From Proteobacteria bacterium UBA4457 (GTDB lineage Bacteria; Pseudomonadota; Gammaproteobacteria; Ga0077536): a stretch of 64,000 bases of DNA. The stretch spans positions 8,836 through 72,835 of the forward strand of contig DGOV01000069.1 of NCBI GenBank assembly GCA_002390205.1, written 5' to 3'. Shown here in pieces: positions 29,835-39,508 of the stretch (positions are counted from its first letter, which is position 1; every line of letters begins with the position of its first letter). Made by a program: the position numbers and the translations under genes. Under the pieces are notes generated by a model, which was given only the letters and a program-made list of their open reading frames with translations, was not told the DNA's origin and ran no database searches.

Positions 29835-32800
29835 ATGAGAAAAATAAAAAAAATACTAGTAGCTAACCGTGGAGAAATCGCGATCCGAGTCATGAGGGCG
29901 GCGTCTGAACTAGCTATTCAGACCGTGGCAGTCTATGCCCACGAAGATCGTTTTTCATTGCATCGATTTAAGGCGGACGAGTCTTACTTGATAGGTGCTG
30001 GAGACACTCCGGTAAAAGCCTATTTGAGTATAGAGAAAATCATAGCGATTGCTCTTTCGAGTGAGGCAGATGCCATTCATCCTGGTTACGGGTTCTTATC
30101 TGAGAGTCCCGAACTTGCAGAAGCTTGTGCTGATGCAGGCTTAGTTTTCATAGGGCCATCACCAGAGGTCATGAGAAAGTTAGGCAATAAAATACAAGCT
30201 CGCGCCTTAGCGGAGTCAAGTGGAGTCGCTGTAATGCCAGCAACTAAGTCACTGCCTACTGATGAAAAGGAAGTTTCTAGATTGGCTGAATCGGTTGGCT
30301 ATCCTCTTATGCTCAAAGCTTCTTGGGGAGGCGGTGGTCGCGGAATGAGAGTCATTGATTCTGCGGAAGATCTGCATGCTATTGTCCAGACTGGTAGGCG
30401 TGAAGCTCTAGCTGCGTTCAATAATGACGAGATTTATTTGGAAAAGCTCGTAAAGAATGCACGACATGTGGAGGTGCAGATACTTGGTGATACGCATGGA
30501 AATATCGTGCACTTGTTTGAGCGCGATTGCACCGTCCAAAGAAGGAATCAGAAAGTTGTTGAGCGAGCTCCTGCTATTTATCTAACCGAAGAGCAGCGCA
30601 CTGAGTTTTGTCTTGCTGCAATAAAAGTGTGTAAGTCGGTCAACTACACTTGTGCAGGGACTGTTGAATTTTTACAGGATGTGGATACAGGTGATTTCTA
30701 TTTTATTGAGGTGAACCCTCGCATCCAAGTTGAACATACTGTCACAGAGTCAATTACTGGTGTAGATATAGTTAAAGCTCAAGTTAGGATATCGGAAGGC
30801 CATACAATAGGTTCTCAAGAATCAGGTATTCCTCAGCAGATTGATATCAAAATTCATGGTCATGCGATTCAGTGCAGAGTTACTGCAGAAGATCCTGAAA
30901 ACAATTTCATTCCTGATTACGGCACGATTACAACCTATAGAAGTCCAGCCGGTTTCGGTATTCGGTTAGATGCAGGAACAGCCTACACTGGCGCCGAAAT
31001 CACAAGGTACTATGATTCTCTATTAGTTAAGGTGACCGCGTGGGCGGGGACCGAGGAGGAAGTTACACTTAGGATGCGTAGAGCTCTTCTAGAGTTTCGA
31101 ATTAGGGGGATAAGCACTAATCTCGAATTTCTAGCTGAGTTGATGACGAATAAAAAGTTTCAAAAGGGTGATTATACTACTCGGTTTATTGATGAGACCC
31201 CCGAGCTCATGGAGCTTCCTCATCGACGTGATAGAGGCACTAAACTTGTTAATTATGTGGCCGAGGTTATTGCAAAAGGCAACCCTCTAGTTGCGGATCG
31301 GCCATGGCCAAGTGTGATCGAGGAGCCAAACATTCCTAGCTGTGAAGATGTAGCTATTGTGGGAGGTTCTAGGCAGAAATTTGAAGAGCTGGGCGCGGCA
31401 GATTTTTCGAAATGGATGTTGGACCAGAGACAAATTCTAGTTACCGATACAACATTTCGTGATGCACATCAGTCTCTATTGGCCACGCGCTTTAGAAGTC
31501 ATGATTTACTTCAGATATGCGATGCTTATGCGCGTCTAGCTCCTCAATTATTATCTGTTGAGTGTTGGGGTGGCGCGACTTTTGATGTGGCAATGAGATT
31601 TCTCAATGAGTGTCCTTGGACGCGCTTAAAATCTATCCGAGAAAAGCTTCCTAATGTGCTTACGCAGATGTTGTTGAGAGCATCAAATGCGGTCGGTTAC
31701 AAAAATTACCCTGATAATGTGGTCAGCTATTTCATTAGTCAGGCTGCAACATCTGGTGTTGATATCTTTAGAGTGTTTGATTCTTTGAACTGGGTTGAGA
31801 ACATGCGCCTACCAATGGATTCGGTTATAGAGTCGGGGAAGATTTGTGAAGCGACTATTTGCTACACCGGCAACTTGATTGGAGCGAGTGAGAAAAAATA
31901 TAACTTGGCTTATTACGTGAAAATGGCGAAAGAATTGGAGTCAGCCGGCGCCCATGTTTTGGGGATAAAAGATATGGCAGGGCTCTGCCTTCCTAGGGCC
32001 GCGACCTTATTGATCTCAGAACTAAAGCAGGAAATTGGAATACCAATTCATTTTCATACCCATGATACCAGCGGGATAGCCGGAGCAACCGCGCTGGCAG
32101 CGATAGATGCTGGTGTAGATGCTGTTGATCTGGCTATGGACTCGATGAGCGGGATGACATCACAACCAAATATGGGTTCAGTGCTTGAGGCTCTTCGGGA
32201 TAGTCCTCGTGAAAGCAGTTTAGACGGTGATGCGATTAGAACACTGTCTGATTATTGGGCTGGAGTTCGAAAAAATTATTATCCTTTCGAAAGTCAAGAG
32301 AGAACTGGCGCATCTGAGGTTTATATACATGGGATGCCAGGTGGACAGTTTACAAATTTGCGAGAGCAAGCGACATCACTCGGCTTAGGTAAAAAATGGG
32401 GAGAAGTTTCCAAAGCCTACGCCGATGTAAATGATATGTTTGGCAATATCGTAAAGGTAACTCCAAGCTCAAAAGTAGTTGGTGATATGGCATTAATGAT
32501 GGTCAGCAGCGGTTTAAGTAGGGAAGACGTTGAGTCTGATGGTACCGATGTACCTTTCCCTGAATCAGTAGTTTCCTTTTTTAGAGGTGACTTAGGACAA
32601 CCTTTAGGAGGATTTCCTCCTTCTTTGCGCAAAAAAGTTTTGCAAGATGAAGTAGGCCTAGAAGTAAGACCAGGGTCCGTACTCGCACTCGCGGATCTAG
32701 GTGAGGAGCGTCTCATCGCTGAGCAGCAAGCTGCGAGAGAAATTTCAGACGAAGAGTTTGCTTCTTATCTCATGTACCCGAATGTTTTTATCGAATATGT

Positions 32801-33275
32801 TGCTGCTTATCGGAAATATAGTGATTTGACCGTACTACCGACGACTATCTTTTTCTATGGGATGGAGTCAGGTCAGGAGGTGCAATTACAGATCGAATCT
32901 GGACGGTCAATTGTGCTGAGATATATGGGAATGAGTGAGGCTGATCAAGACGGCCAGAAAACTGTGTACTTTGAGCTAAATGGTCAACCGCGGCAGGTTC
33001 GGGTTTTAACGGAGAAAGGGAAAAGCACTAAAATTTTGGCTCTTAAGTCGGATGTCGACAATGCGTGTCATATAGGTTGCCCTATGCCTGGCTTGATAGC
33101 ACAAATAGATGTGGAAATAGGTGACGAGGTTAGCAAAGGTCAGTCTCTATTCACCATTGAGGCTATGAAGATGCAAACTACAATTCGTGCCGAACGAGAT
33201 GGTGTTATCAAAGAGATAATTGTGACCGAAACGCAACAAGTAGACAGTGGGGATTTGTTAGCGGTTTTTGATTAG
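29835..33275 (+). CDS. pyc: pyruvate carboxylase, single-chain (biotin carboxylase + carboxyltransferase + BCCP)
   Basis: 1146 aa with an N-terminal ATP-grasp biotin carboxylase and a central HMGL-like carboxyltransferase (TTFRDAHQSL, HFHTHDTSG). The C-terminal biotinyl motif is EAMKMQT. Confidence 0.95.
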   Translation: MRKIKKILVANRGEIAIRVMRAASELAIQTVAVYAHEDRFSLHRFKADESYLIGAGDTPVKAYLSIEKIIAIALSSEADAIHPGYGFLSESPELAEACADAGLVFIGPSPEVMRKLGNKIQARALAESSGVAVMPATKSLPTDEKEVSRLAESVGYPLMLKASWGGGGRGMRVIDSAEDLHAIVQTGRREALAAFNNDEIYLEKLVKNARHVEVQILGDTHGNIVHLFERDCTVQRRNQKVVERAPAIYLTEEQRTEFCLAAIKVCKSVNYTCAGTVEFLQDVDTGDFYFIEVNPRIQVEHTVTESITGVDIVKAQVRISEGHTIGSQESGIPQQIDIKIHGHAIQCRVTAEDPENNFIPDYGTITTYRSPAGFGIRLDAGTAYTGAEITRYYDSLLVKVTAWAGTEEEVTLRMRRALLEFRIRGISTNLEFLAELMTNKKFQKGDYTTRFIDETPELMELPHRRDRGTKLVNYVAEVIAKGNPLVADRPWPSVIEEPNIPSCEDVAIVGGSRQKFEELGAADFSKWMLDQRQILVTDTTFRDAHQSLLATRFRSHDLLQICDAYARLAPQLLSVECWGGATFDVAMRFLNECPWTRLKSIREKLPNVLTQMLLRASNAVGYKNYPDNVVSYFISQAATSGVDIFRVFDSLNWVENMRLPMDSVIESGKICEATICYTGNLIGASEKKYNLAYYVKMAKELESAGAHVLGIKDMAGLCLPRAATLLISELKQEIGIPIHFHTHDTSGIAGATALAAIDAGVDAVDLAMDSMSGMTSQPNMGSVLEALRDSPRESSLDGDAIRTLSDYWAGVRKNYYPFESQERTGASEVYIHGMPGGQFTNLREQATSLGLGKKWGEVSKAYADVNDMFGNIVKVTPSSKVVGDMALMMVSSGLSREDVESDGTDVPFPESVVSFFRGDLGQPLGGFPPSLRKKVLQDEVGLEVRPGSVLALADLGEERLIAEQQAAREISDEEFASYLMYPNVFIEYVAAYRKYSDLTVLPTTIFFYGMESGQEVQLQIESGRSIVLRYMGMSEADQDGQKTVYFELNGQPRQVRVLTEKGKSTKILALKSDVDNACHIGCPMPGLIAQIDVEIGDEVSKGQSLFTIEAMKMQTTIRAERDGVIKEIIVTETQQVDSGDLLAVFD

Positions 33276-33305
33276 TAAAACCGGATTTTCAGGACATATT
33301 TAAAA

Positions 33306-33491
33306 GTACTCTCCACTATGCCGTGACCGATCGGAATCTTGAACCAGAAGCTCAAGTGTGGAATTTCACTGTCTGAATCAGGCTATCTTCAGTTTGAAGA
33401 CGTGCTCAACATCAGGCCTAGTTCTATTCCGCGATTATAAAATTATCGGCTCAGAGATCGTCTGATCGAGTCGCGCACAAAGCAGAGAGTC
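33306..33491 (-). ncRNA. ssrS: 6S RNA (SsrS)
   Basis: The reverse complement carries blocks matching E. coli 6S RNA as I remember it. These are CUCUGAGCCGAUAAUUU (E. coli CCUGAGCCGAUAUUU), GUUGAGCACG (GGUGAGCAUG) and CUUGAGCUUCUGGUUCAAG (CUUGAACCAAGGGUUCAAG). The complementary ends ACUCUC/GAGAGU would form the closing stem. It sits just downstream of zapA and opposite ygfB-pepP-ubiH, the conserved ssrS location. Ends are approximate, plus or minus 10 nt. Confidence 0.75.
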
Positions 33492-33579
33492 CTAGAGGTC
33501 TATCCTACAGCTTTTTGGTTTAAGGCGAAATGTTTTTTATTCAAGCAAGCTCAATTTTTCGATCAGAAGTGCAGGACAG

Positions 33580-33876
33580 TCACTTAGACAGGACTGCATC
33601 TATTTTAGCCTGGATTTGTGTTACTCGTTGGTCTAAGACTTTAGAGCTAATAATATTTTTCTTTTTAAGTTTTAAGTGCTCGTTTGCGATGTTCAATGCA
33701 ACCAGGACAGCAGTATTTTCATTCCCGCTGTTTTTAACTTTACTATTTTGCTCGGCTATTTTATTGTTCAAAAAGTCTACGGAAAGCATTAACTCTTCTT
33801 TTTCGTCTTCTTTGCAGCCGATAAGATAATCATTATTTAATATTGTTACTTTAACGGGGGTTATGTTGTCGCTCAC
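33580..33876 (-). CDS. zapA: cell division protein ZapA
   Basis: 98 aa. The N-terminal pattern V.I.....Y.I.C..DE...L......L and the C-terminal coiled coil fit ZapA. The position next to 6S RNA and divergent from ygfB also fits. Confidence 0.8.
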   Translation of the reverse strand: MSDNITPVKVTILNNDYLIGCKEDEKEELMLSVDFLNNKIAEQNSKVKNSGNENTAVLVALNIANEHLKLKKKNIISSKVLDQRVTQIQAKIDAVLSK

Positions 33877-34097
33877 GATCTGTTTTCCAAGGCTTTCAGT
33901 CGTGTAATCATTCCTTCCACTCGGGTTCGAGCCTGTTCAGTCTTGCTGATTAGCTCTGTTTTCTCGATTGTTAACGTATTTTGATGAGTCTTCAGCACTG
34001 TGTTTTCGACAGTTAACCTTTCTATCGTTGTAATTAATTCATCTATGCGGGCCTCCAAAGAGGATAGTTCAAGCTCATTGGTGTCATTTTTATCCAT
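33873..34097 (-). CDS. small coiled-coil protein (ZapB-like / TIGR02449-like)
   Basis: 74 aa with a heptad-rich all-helical sequence. It overlaps the zapA start by 4 nt. This is the same arrangement as upstream of zapA in Pseudomonas, as I recall. Confidence 0.5.
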   Translation of the reverse strand: MDKNDTNELELSSLEARIDELITTIERLTVENTVLKTHQNTLTIEKTELISKTEQARTRVEGMITRLKALENRS

Positions 34098-34247
34098 ATT
34101 TACGTGCCTAGGCTAGTTTAAACAATTTACAACGAGTCAAATATAGAGCTCTTTAGCGCAGATGGTCAATAGCATTCCCTCTGTTGGTTGCGCTTTCATC
34201 ATGTGATAATAAGAGAGGATTGTTGTTATTTGCAAAGGGTGTAGAAG

Positions 34248-34814
34248 ATGTCATTAGGTTTATATGTTGCTTTCGAGGATGCCTTGTTACAGGCGGGGTG
34301 TTCTGCTGTCGCCTCTGAAGCCCACGGGACTTTAGTTGGTCTCCTCTCTGGCCCGAACCAAGTTGACCAAGGAGTCTGGTTGAATTGCATAAATGATGAC
34401 TCAAAGTTATCTATGGATTCTGTGATTCTATCTGAAACTTTGGCACTGGATAATTTTATTAAGCGCGCGGTCAATGCTTTAGGAGATATGGAAACTGGTC
34501 CACTTATTCTTATTCCAAGTGACGATGTGGAGCTTGGAGAGAGAGCAACTGCTTTTTCTAGTTGGTGCAGTGGCTTTCTTTATGGTTTCGGCATTTCTGG
34601 AGTTCCAGAGGAAGTTCCTCTAAGTCCTGAATCGCAAGAGTTCTTGAGACACTTGACACAGTTTTGTCGGTTAGATTTTGAGGTTGAGGATAACGAGGAG
34701 GACGAAAAAGCGCTATTTGAATTGCTAGAGTTCAGCAAAGTTGGAGTGTTGAACCTTGTTGAAGAGGTAAAAGATTTGAGTTCGGTACATACAGAAACTA
34801 ACTCGCTACACTAA
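34248..34814 (+). CDS. ygfB: UPF0149 family protein YgfB
   Basis: 188 aa with an acidic C-terminus and an AEAHG.L.G.L.G-type motif (SEAHGTLVGLLSG). The ygfB-pepP-ubiH synteny is conserved. Confidence 0.75.
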   Translation: MSLGLYVAFEDALLQAGCSAVASEAHGTLVGLLSGPNQVDQGVWLNCINDDSKLSMDSVILSETLALDNFIKRAVNALGDMETGPLILIPSDDVELGERATAFSSWCSGFLYGFGISGVPEEVPLSPESQEFLRHLTQFCRLDFEVEDNEEDEKALFELLEFSKVGVLNLVEEVKDLSSVHTETNSLH

Positions 34815-34819
34815 GAGAT

Positions 34820-36136
34820 ATGAAAATGAAGCAACAAGAATTCGTAGGTAGACGTAAAGAGTTAATGGAGATAGCAGGGAATGGGTCGATTATTATCCAG
34901 CCTTCTTCACAAGAACATGTTAGAAATCGTGATGTTTACTACCCTTATAGACCTGATAGTGACTTCCACTTTCTTACTGGTTTTGGCGAACCGCTGTCGG
35001 TTGCCGTTCTTATACCGGGTCGACCTCAAGGAGAGTTCATTCTGTTTTGTCGAGAAAAAGATCAAGATGCCGAGATATGGCACGGTAGACGTTCTGGTCT
35101 TGAGGGCGCATGTGCTTTTTACGGTGCTGATGATGCATTCCCTATTGAGGACTTAGACGAAATTCTCCCTGGTCTACTGGAAAACAAAGATCGCATTTAT
35201 TACACAATGGGTAGATACGCTGATTTCGACCAACGCGTTATCGGCTGGCTTAATCACGTAACAAAAATGGCTCGCGCAGGAGTACATGCACCTGATCAAT
35301 TTATATCTCTTAGTCATTTGGTTCATGAGATGAGATTGATAAAAAGCCCCGCAGAAATACGAGTGATGCGTCGTGCTGCTGCAATATCTTCGACGGCGCA
35401 CAGTCGAGCGATGAAGATTACAAAACCTGGTTTGTTCGAGTATCAAGTGGAGGCGGAAATAATGCATAGCTTTATGGATCAAGGTTCGCGCTCGCCCGCG
35501 TACCCCTCGATTGTTGGTGCTGGACGAAACAGTTGTATCCTTCATTACACGGAAAACAATGAGAAATTGAAAAATGGCGACATGCTTCTAATTGACGCGG
35601 GTGCGGAGTTAGAAAGTTATGCGAGTGATATTACGCGCACTTTCCCCGTGAATGGGAAATTCAGTCGAAACCAAAAGATCGTTTATGAAATAGTTTTGGC
35701 GGCTCAACTGGCAGCTATTGCAGAAGTGAAGCCGGGCAATCGATGGAATCAGCCTCATGATGCTGCCGTTGCAGTAATCACAGAAGGGTTACTTAATATG
35801 GGTATTTTAAAAGGGAGCCTGCAGAAGCTTATCCAAACCGAAGCCTGTCACCTTTATTACATGCATAAGACGGGACATTGGCTTGGAATGGATGTCCATG
35901 ATGTCGGTGACTACAAAATTGCCGACCAATGGCGTGTATTTGAGCCAGGGATGGTTACAACGATTGAGCCTGGATTATATTTTTCAGCATTTACTAAAGG
36001 ATTGCCAAAAAAATGGCACAACATTGGCATCAGAATCGAAGACGATGTCTTAGTGACGTCCTCAGGATGCGATGTTTTGAGTGATGCGCCTAAAACCGTC
36101 AAGGAAATCGAGGATCTGATGCGTGCAGGACACTGA
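34820..36136 (+). CDS. pepP: Xaa-Pro aminopeptidase
   Basis: It has the N-terminal AMP_N domain and the pita-bread M24 fold. Metal ligands are in the contexts LIDAGAE..YASDITRT, HKTGHWLGMDVHD and TIEPG...IRIEDD. Confidence 0.9.
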   Translation: MKMKQQEFVGRRKELMEIAGNGSIIIQPSSQEHVRNRDVYYPYRPDSDFHFLTGFGEPLSVAVLIPGRPQGEFILFCREKDQDAEIWHGRRSGLEGACAFYGADDAFPIEDLDEILPGLLENKDRIYYTMGRYADFDQRVIGWLNHVTKMARAGVHAPDQFISLSHLVHEMRLIKSPAEIRVMRRAAAISSTAHSRAMKITKPGLFEYQVEAEIMHSFMDQGSRSPAYPSIVGAGRNSCILHYTENNEKLKNGDMLLIDAGAELESYASDITRTFPVNGKFSRNQKIVYEIVLAAQLAAIAEVKPGNRWNQPHDAAVAVITEGLLNMGILKGSLQKLIQTEACHLYYMHKTGHWLGMDVHDVGDYKIADQWRVFEPGMVTTIEPGLYFSAFTKGLPKKWHNIGIRIEDDVLVTSSGCDVLSDAPKTVKEIEDLMRAGH

Positions 36137-37334
36137 CACAGATTGTGTGGTGATTGGTGCTGGGTTGGTCGGATGCCTTGCAGCATTGGGGCTCAGCAGG
36201 AGTGGGTTTCGTGTTCAGGTTTTTGAAACAGATAGGTTTTCTAAAGAGATGCCCGAGGATGGAAGGTCTTTGGTGTTGTCTCGTGCTTCCATCCAGATAC
36301 TGAAAGCTTTGCAGATATGGCCAAACTTATCTGAATGGGCATATTCAGTAAAGAATATTCGTGTGTCCGAAAAAGGGACTTATGGAAGCGTCCTCCTCTC
36401 AGCGGAAGAAGTTGGTGCCCAGGAGCTAGGATGTTCCTTCCCTGCTGGAAAGTTATTAGGCACGCTCAGAAATGCCGTTGTTGATGATCAAAATATCTTG
36501 GTGCGTGACAAAGCTAGTTTCTCTGAGTTTAAGGAACACAACGATTATTGCGAAGTGAGTATTGTTGAGGATGGTTCAACAGATAAGGTTACTACTCGGT
36601 TTCTGATCGGCGCTGATGGTTCTGGATCAACTGTAAGAACAGCGCTAGGAGGTTCTCTTTCAACTTTATCATATGGCCAGCATGCAGTAGTAGCTGAATT
36701 AACAGCCTCTGTTCCATGCAACCATAAGGCGTATGAGCATTTCACTGGTCAAGGACCACTCGCTTTTATTCCTACAGGGTTAAATACATACACAAGTGTT
36801 CAGTGCTTTGATGTCGAAGCTTCTATTCACGCGTGTGCAATGTCCGACGACGCTTACTTAAGACTTACAGAGAAAAATATAGGTGGAAGGTTAGGTGAGA
36901 TGTCTAACTTAGGGAAACGTTACAGTTATCCATTAATGAGACAAAAATCTAGCATTTTAAATAGCGAGAGAGTCGTAGTTATTGGAAATGCAGCGAATGT
37001 CGTGCACCCCAATGGCGCGCAAGGTTTAAATCTTGGCTTTCGTGATGTAGCAACCTTATTAACAGTAATTAAGAGAAGTGGGGAAAACTCCGATACAAAG
37101 GATATTCTGGAGAAATATGCCAGTTCACGCCTGAAAGATCATCGTATGACCGGGAGGTTCACTGATCTAATGGCTCAAGGTTCTCGCTCTTCATTAAATA
37201 CCCTAGTAATTTTGCGGCGTTTGAGTATGGTTGCATTTTCTCATTCAAGTAGATTAAGAAAGCGTTTAGTGCAAAAGGCGAGCGGCCTAGGACTTTTGGA
37301 CCAGAGTGTCGATTTCTCACTTTGGGGTCAGTGA
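36123..37334 (+). CDS. ubiH: FAD-dependent ubiquinone-biosynthesis hydroxylase (2-octaprenyl-6-methoxyphenol hydroxylase type)
   Basis: It has N-terminal GAGLVG Rossmann, DG..S..R and GNAA...HP.GAQG.N.G..D motifs of the UbiH/UbiF/Coq6 family. It follows pepP. Confidence 0.8.
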   Translation: MQDTDTDCVVIGAGLVGCLAALGLSRSGFRVQVFETDRFSKEMPEDGRSLVLSRASIQILKALQIWPNLSEWAYSVKNIRVSEKGTYGSVLLSAEEVGAQELGCSFPAGKLLGTLRNAVVDDQNILVRDKASFSEFKEHNDYCEVSIVEDGSTDKVTTRFLIGADGSGSTVRTALGGSLSTLSYGQHAVVAELTASVPCNHKAYEHFTGQGPLAFIPTGLNTYTSVQCFDVEASIHACAMSDDAYLRLTEKNIGGRLGEMSNLGKRYSYPLMRQKSSILNSERVVVIGNAANVVHPNGAQGLNLGFRDVATLLTVIKRSGENSDTKDILEKYASSRLKDHRMTGRFTDLMAQGSRSSLNTLVILRRLSMVAFSHSSRLRKRLVQKASGLGLLDQSVDFSLWGQ

Positions 37335-38542
37335 AGATGGGAAGCGGGCGGACCTACAATGTATGTGTTGTCGGAAGTGGGATAACGGCTCTTGTGACAG
37401 CAGGTATATTCGCACAGAAAAATTTTAGTGTTTGTGTCGTCGCTCCACCCTCAAAGAAAGAAATTGAGTCAGGCGATATTCTGCCAAGACATTACTCAAT
37501 TTCTGCTAGCTCTAGGCGAATTTTTCAACTTCTGCAGGTTTGGGAGGGGGTCAACAGTGCCAACGGAGGTTTAGTAAGAGGGATCGAAGTCTGGGGCTCA
37601 GCATCTCGACCGCTTATAGAATTCTTGCCAACAATAGAGCGTCTTAGTCCCCTTGCCTGGATCTTAGAGAGGCAAAATATCTTATCAGTCTTATTGGTTG
37701 CGATTCATGGTCTTGGAGTGGACATTATTGAGTCTGAATTAATCAGCGTTGATTGTGCAGAAGACACGAGTTTGGTCTGTCTCGAAAGCTGTGAATTTCA
37801 GGCTAGTCTAATAGTAGGTGCAGATGGCAGGAACTCTAAAGTACGACAATCAATGGGGGTATCTCTGGGCACAAAAAAAATTGACCAAGAGGCCGTCGTT
37901 GCGGTCGTAAAAACAGAAAAAGAGCATCATAATTTTGCCTGCCAGAGATTTTTACAGACCGGACCAATTGCCTTCCTTCCATTATCTGATCCACATTTGT
38001 CATCCATAGTTTGGTCATGTGAGCCATCAGAAGCGCAACGGTTGACTGAAGGGGGACAGTTTTTTAATGAAGCCGTCACTTCTGTTTTTGGACATAAATA
38101 TGGTGAGGTTATTGATAGTCGAGCACATATGAGTTTTGGCATCGAGTCAGGAGTAGTGAGTTCTTTTTTTTCAGGGAGAGTTGTGCTGGTAGGAGAGTCA
38201 GCGCATGTAATGCATCCGCTGGCGGGTCAAGGATTAAATACAGCCTTATTGGATGTTGCCTCCTTGGCCGAGTGCGTTGATAATAAGGATGTCTTGCGGA
38301 CCTATTCCTCATTGCATCGCCGCTTGCGGCGTTATGAGAGGTGGAGGAAAGCTGAGGTGTTGAAAATGCTCTCAGTTACCGATGGGCTGAACTCACTGTT
38401 TTGCTCAGAAAACATCTTCATTTCCTTATTTAGGAAATTAGGGGCTCGGAGTCTTAATTATAGTCCGTTCGTCAAAGATTTTTTAATTAGCCATGCTGCT
38501 GGAGTCTATGGAGATGTTCCTGAGATGGTGAGACAAAAATAG
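37322..38542 (+). CDS. ubiI: second UbiH/UbiF/VisC-family FAD monooxygenase
   Basis: It carries the same family motifs (VVGSGITAL, GADGRNSKVR, GESAHVMHPLAGQGLN). Its position after ubiH corresponds to visC/ubiI in E. coli. The paralogue assignment rests on synteny only. Confidence 0.6.
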   Translation: MGSVKMGSGRTYNVCVVGSGITALVTAGIFAQKNFSVCVVAPPSKKEIESGDILPRHYSISASSRRIFQLLQVWEGVNSANGGLVRGIEVWGSASRPLIEFLPTIERLSPLAWILERQNILSVLLVAIHGLGVDIIESELISVDCAEDTSLVCLESCEFQASLIVGADGRNSKVRQSMGVSLGTKKIDQEAVVAVVKTEKEHHNFACQRFLQTGPIAFLPLSDPHLSSIVWSCEPSEAQRLTEGGQFFNEAVTSVFGHKYGEVIDSRAHMSFGIESGVVSSFFSGRVVLVGESAHVMHPLAGQGLNTALLDVASLAECVDNKDVLRTYSSLHRRLRRYERWRKAEVLKMLSVTDGLNSLFCSENIFISLFRKLGARSLNYSPFVKDFLISHAAGVYGDVPEMVRQK

Positions 38543-38570
38543 AGTTATTTGCAATATATTTCAGGGAAAA

Positions 38571-39476
38571 TTGTTAATGGATAATCTTTCATCAGTCTAC
38601 GAAACACATTTAAAAAAGCTGCCTCTTGTACAGAAAGGGAAAGTGCGTGATATCTATGGGATAGGTACAGACCATTTGCTGATCATAACTACCGATCGTC
38701 TTTCTGCTTTCGATGTAATCTTACCTGATCCGGTTCCGAATAAAGGCTGTATTTTGACCGAAATTTCAAACTTTTGGTTCGAAAAAACTAAGCATTTAAT
38801 TAGTAACCATTTAGTTAAGGCAGACTTGGCAGAAATTTTGGCGGATGAGCCGTACAAAGAGGATTTAATTAAGCGCTCTATCGTAGTGAAAAAGCTCAAG
38901 CCTCTGCCTATAGAAGCAGTTGTTCGTGGTTATTTAATTGGATCAGGCTGGAAGGATTACTTAGCAACTGGCAGTGTTTGCGGCATACCCTTAGCTAAGA
39001 ATCTTAGACTTGCGGAGAAGCTCCCTGAGGCTATATTTACCCCTTCTACGAAAGCCGCGGTAGGCGATCATGACGAAAATATCTCGTTTAAAGAGACGTG
39101 TAATATATTGGGTCAAGAGCGCGCGGAAGAAGTTAGAGATGTGACATTAAAAATTTATTCCCAAGCCTCAGATTTTGCTCTACAAAGAGGTATAATTATT
39201 GCTGATACGAAATTAGAGTTTGGCTTGGATGAGAATGAGGAAATGGTGGTTATCGATGAACTCCTTACCCCCGACTCCTCGCGCTTTTGGCCTGCTTCTA
39301 GCTATGAAGTTGGAACTAGCCCTCCCAGCTTTGACAAACAATTTGTAAGAGATTATTTGGAAACTGTTGACTGGAACAAAGCTCCTCCTGGACCTAGAGT
39401 GCCCTCAGAAATTTTGAGGAGAACTAGCGACAAATATCAAGAAGCATTAGATATAATTACAAAGTCTTCTGACTAA
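38571..39476 (+). CDS. purC: phosphoribosylaminoimidazole-succinocarboxamide (SAICAR) synthase, long form
   Basis: It has GKVRDIY, ITTDRLSAFD and LIADTKLEFG signatures. Size is 301 aa. Confidence 0.95.
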   Translation: MLMDNLSSVYETHLKKLPLVQKGKVRDIYGIGTDHLLIITTDRLSAFDVILPDPVPNKGCILTEISNFWFEKTKHLISNHLVKADLAEILADEPYKEDLIKRSIVVKKLKPLPIEAVVRGYLIGSGWKDYLATGSVCGIPLAKNLRLAEKLPEAIFTPSTKAAVGDHDENISFKETCNILGQERAEEVRDVTLKIYSQASDFALQRGIIIADTKLEFGLDENEEMVVIDELLTPDSSRFWPASSYEVGTSPPSFDKQFVRDYLETVDWNKAPPGPRVPSEILRRTSDKYQEALDIITKSSD

Positions 39477-39508
39477 TACTTATCTAAAAACACCTATGGC
39501 TTGGGTGC

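Noticed and set aside
33530-33829. 99-aa plus-strand ORF from the ORF track
   Set aside because: It lies antisense to the well-supported zapA gene. The sequence is low-complexity and Phe/Ser/Leu-rich, typical of a shadow ORF on an AT-rich coding region, and it has no motif.
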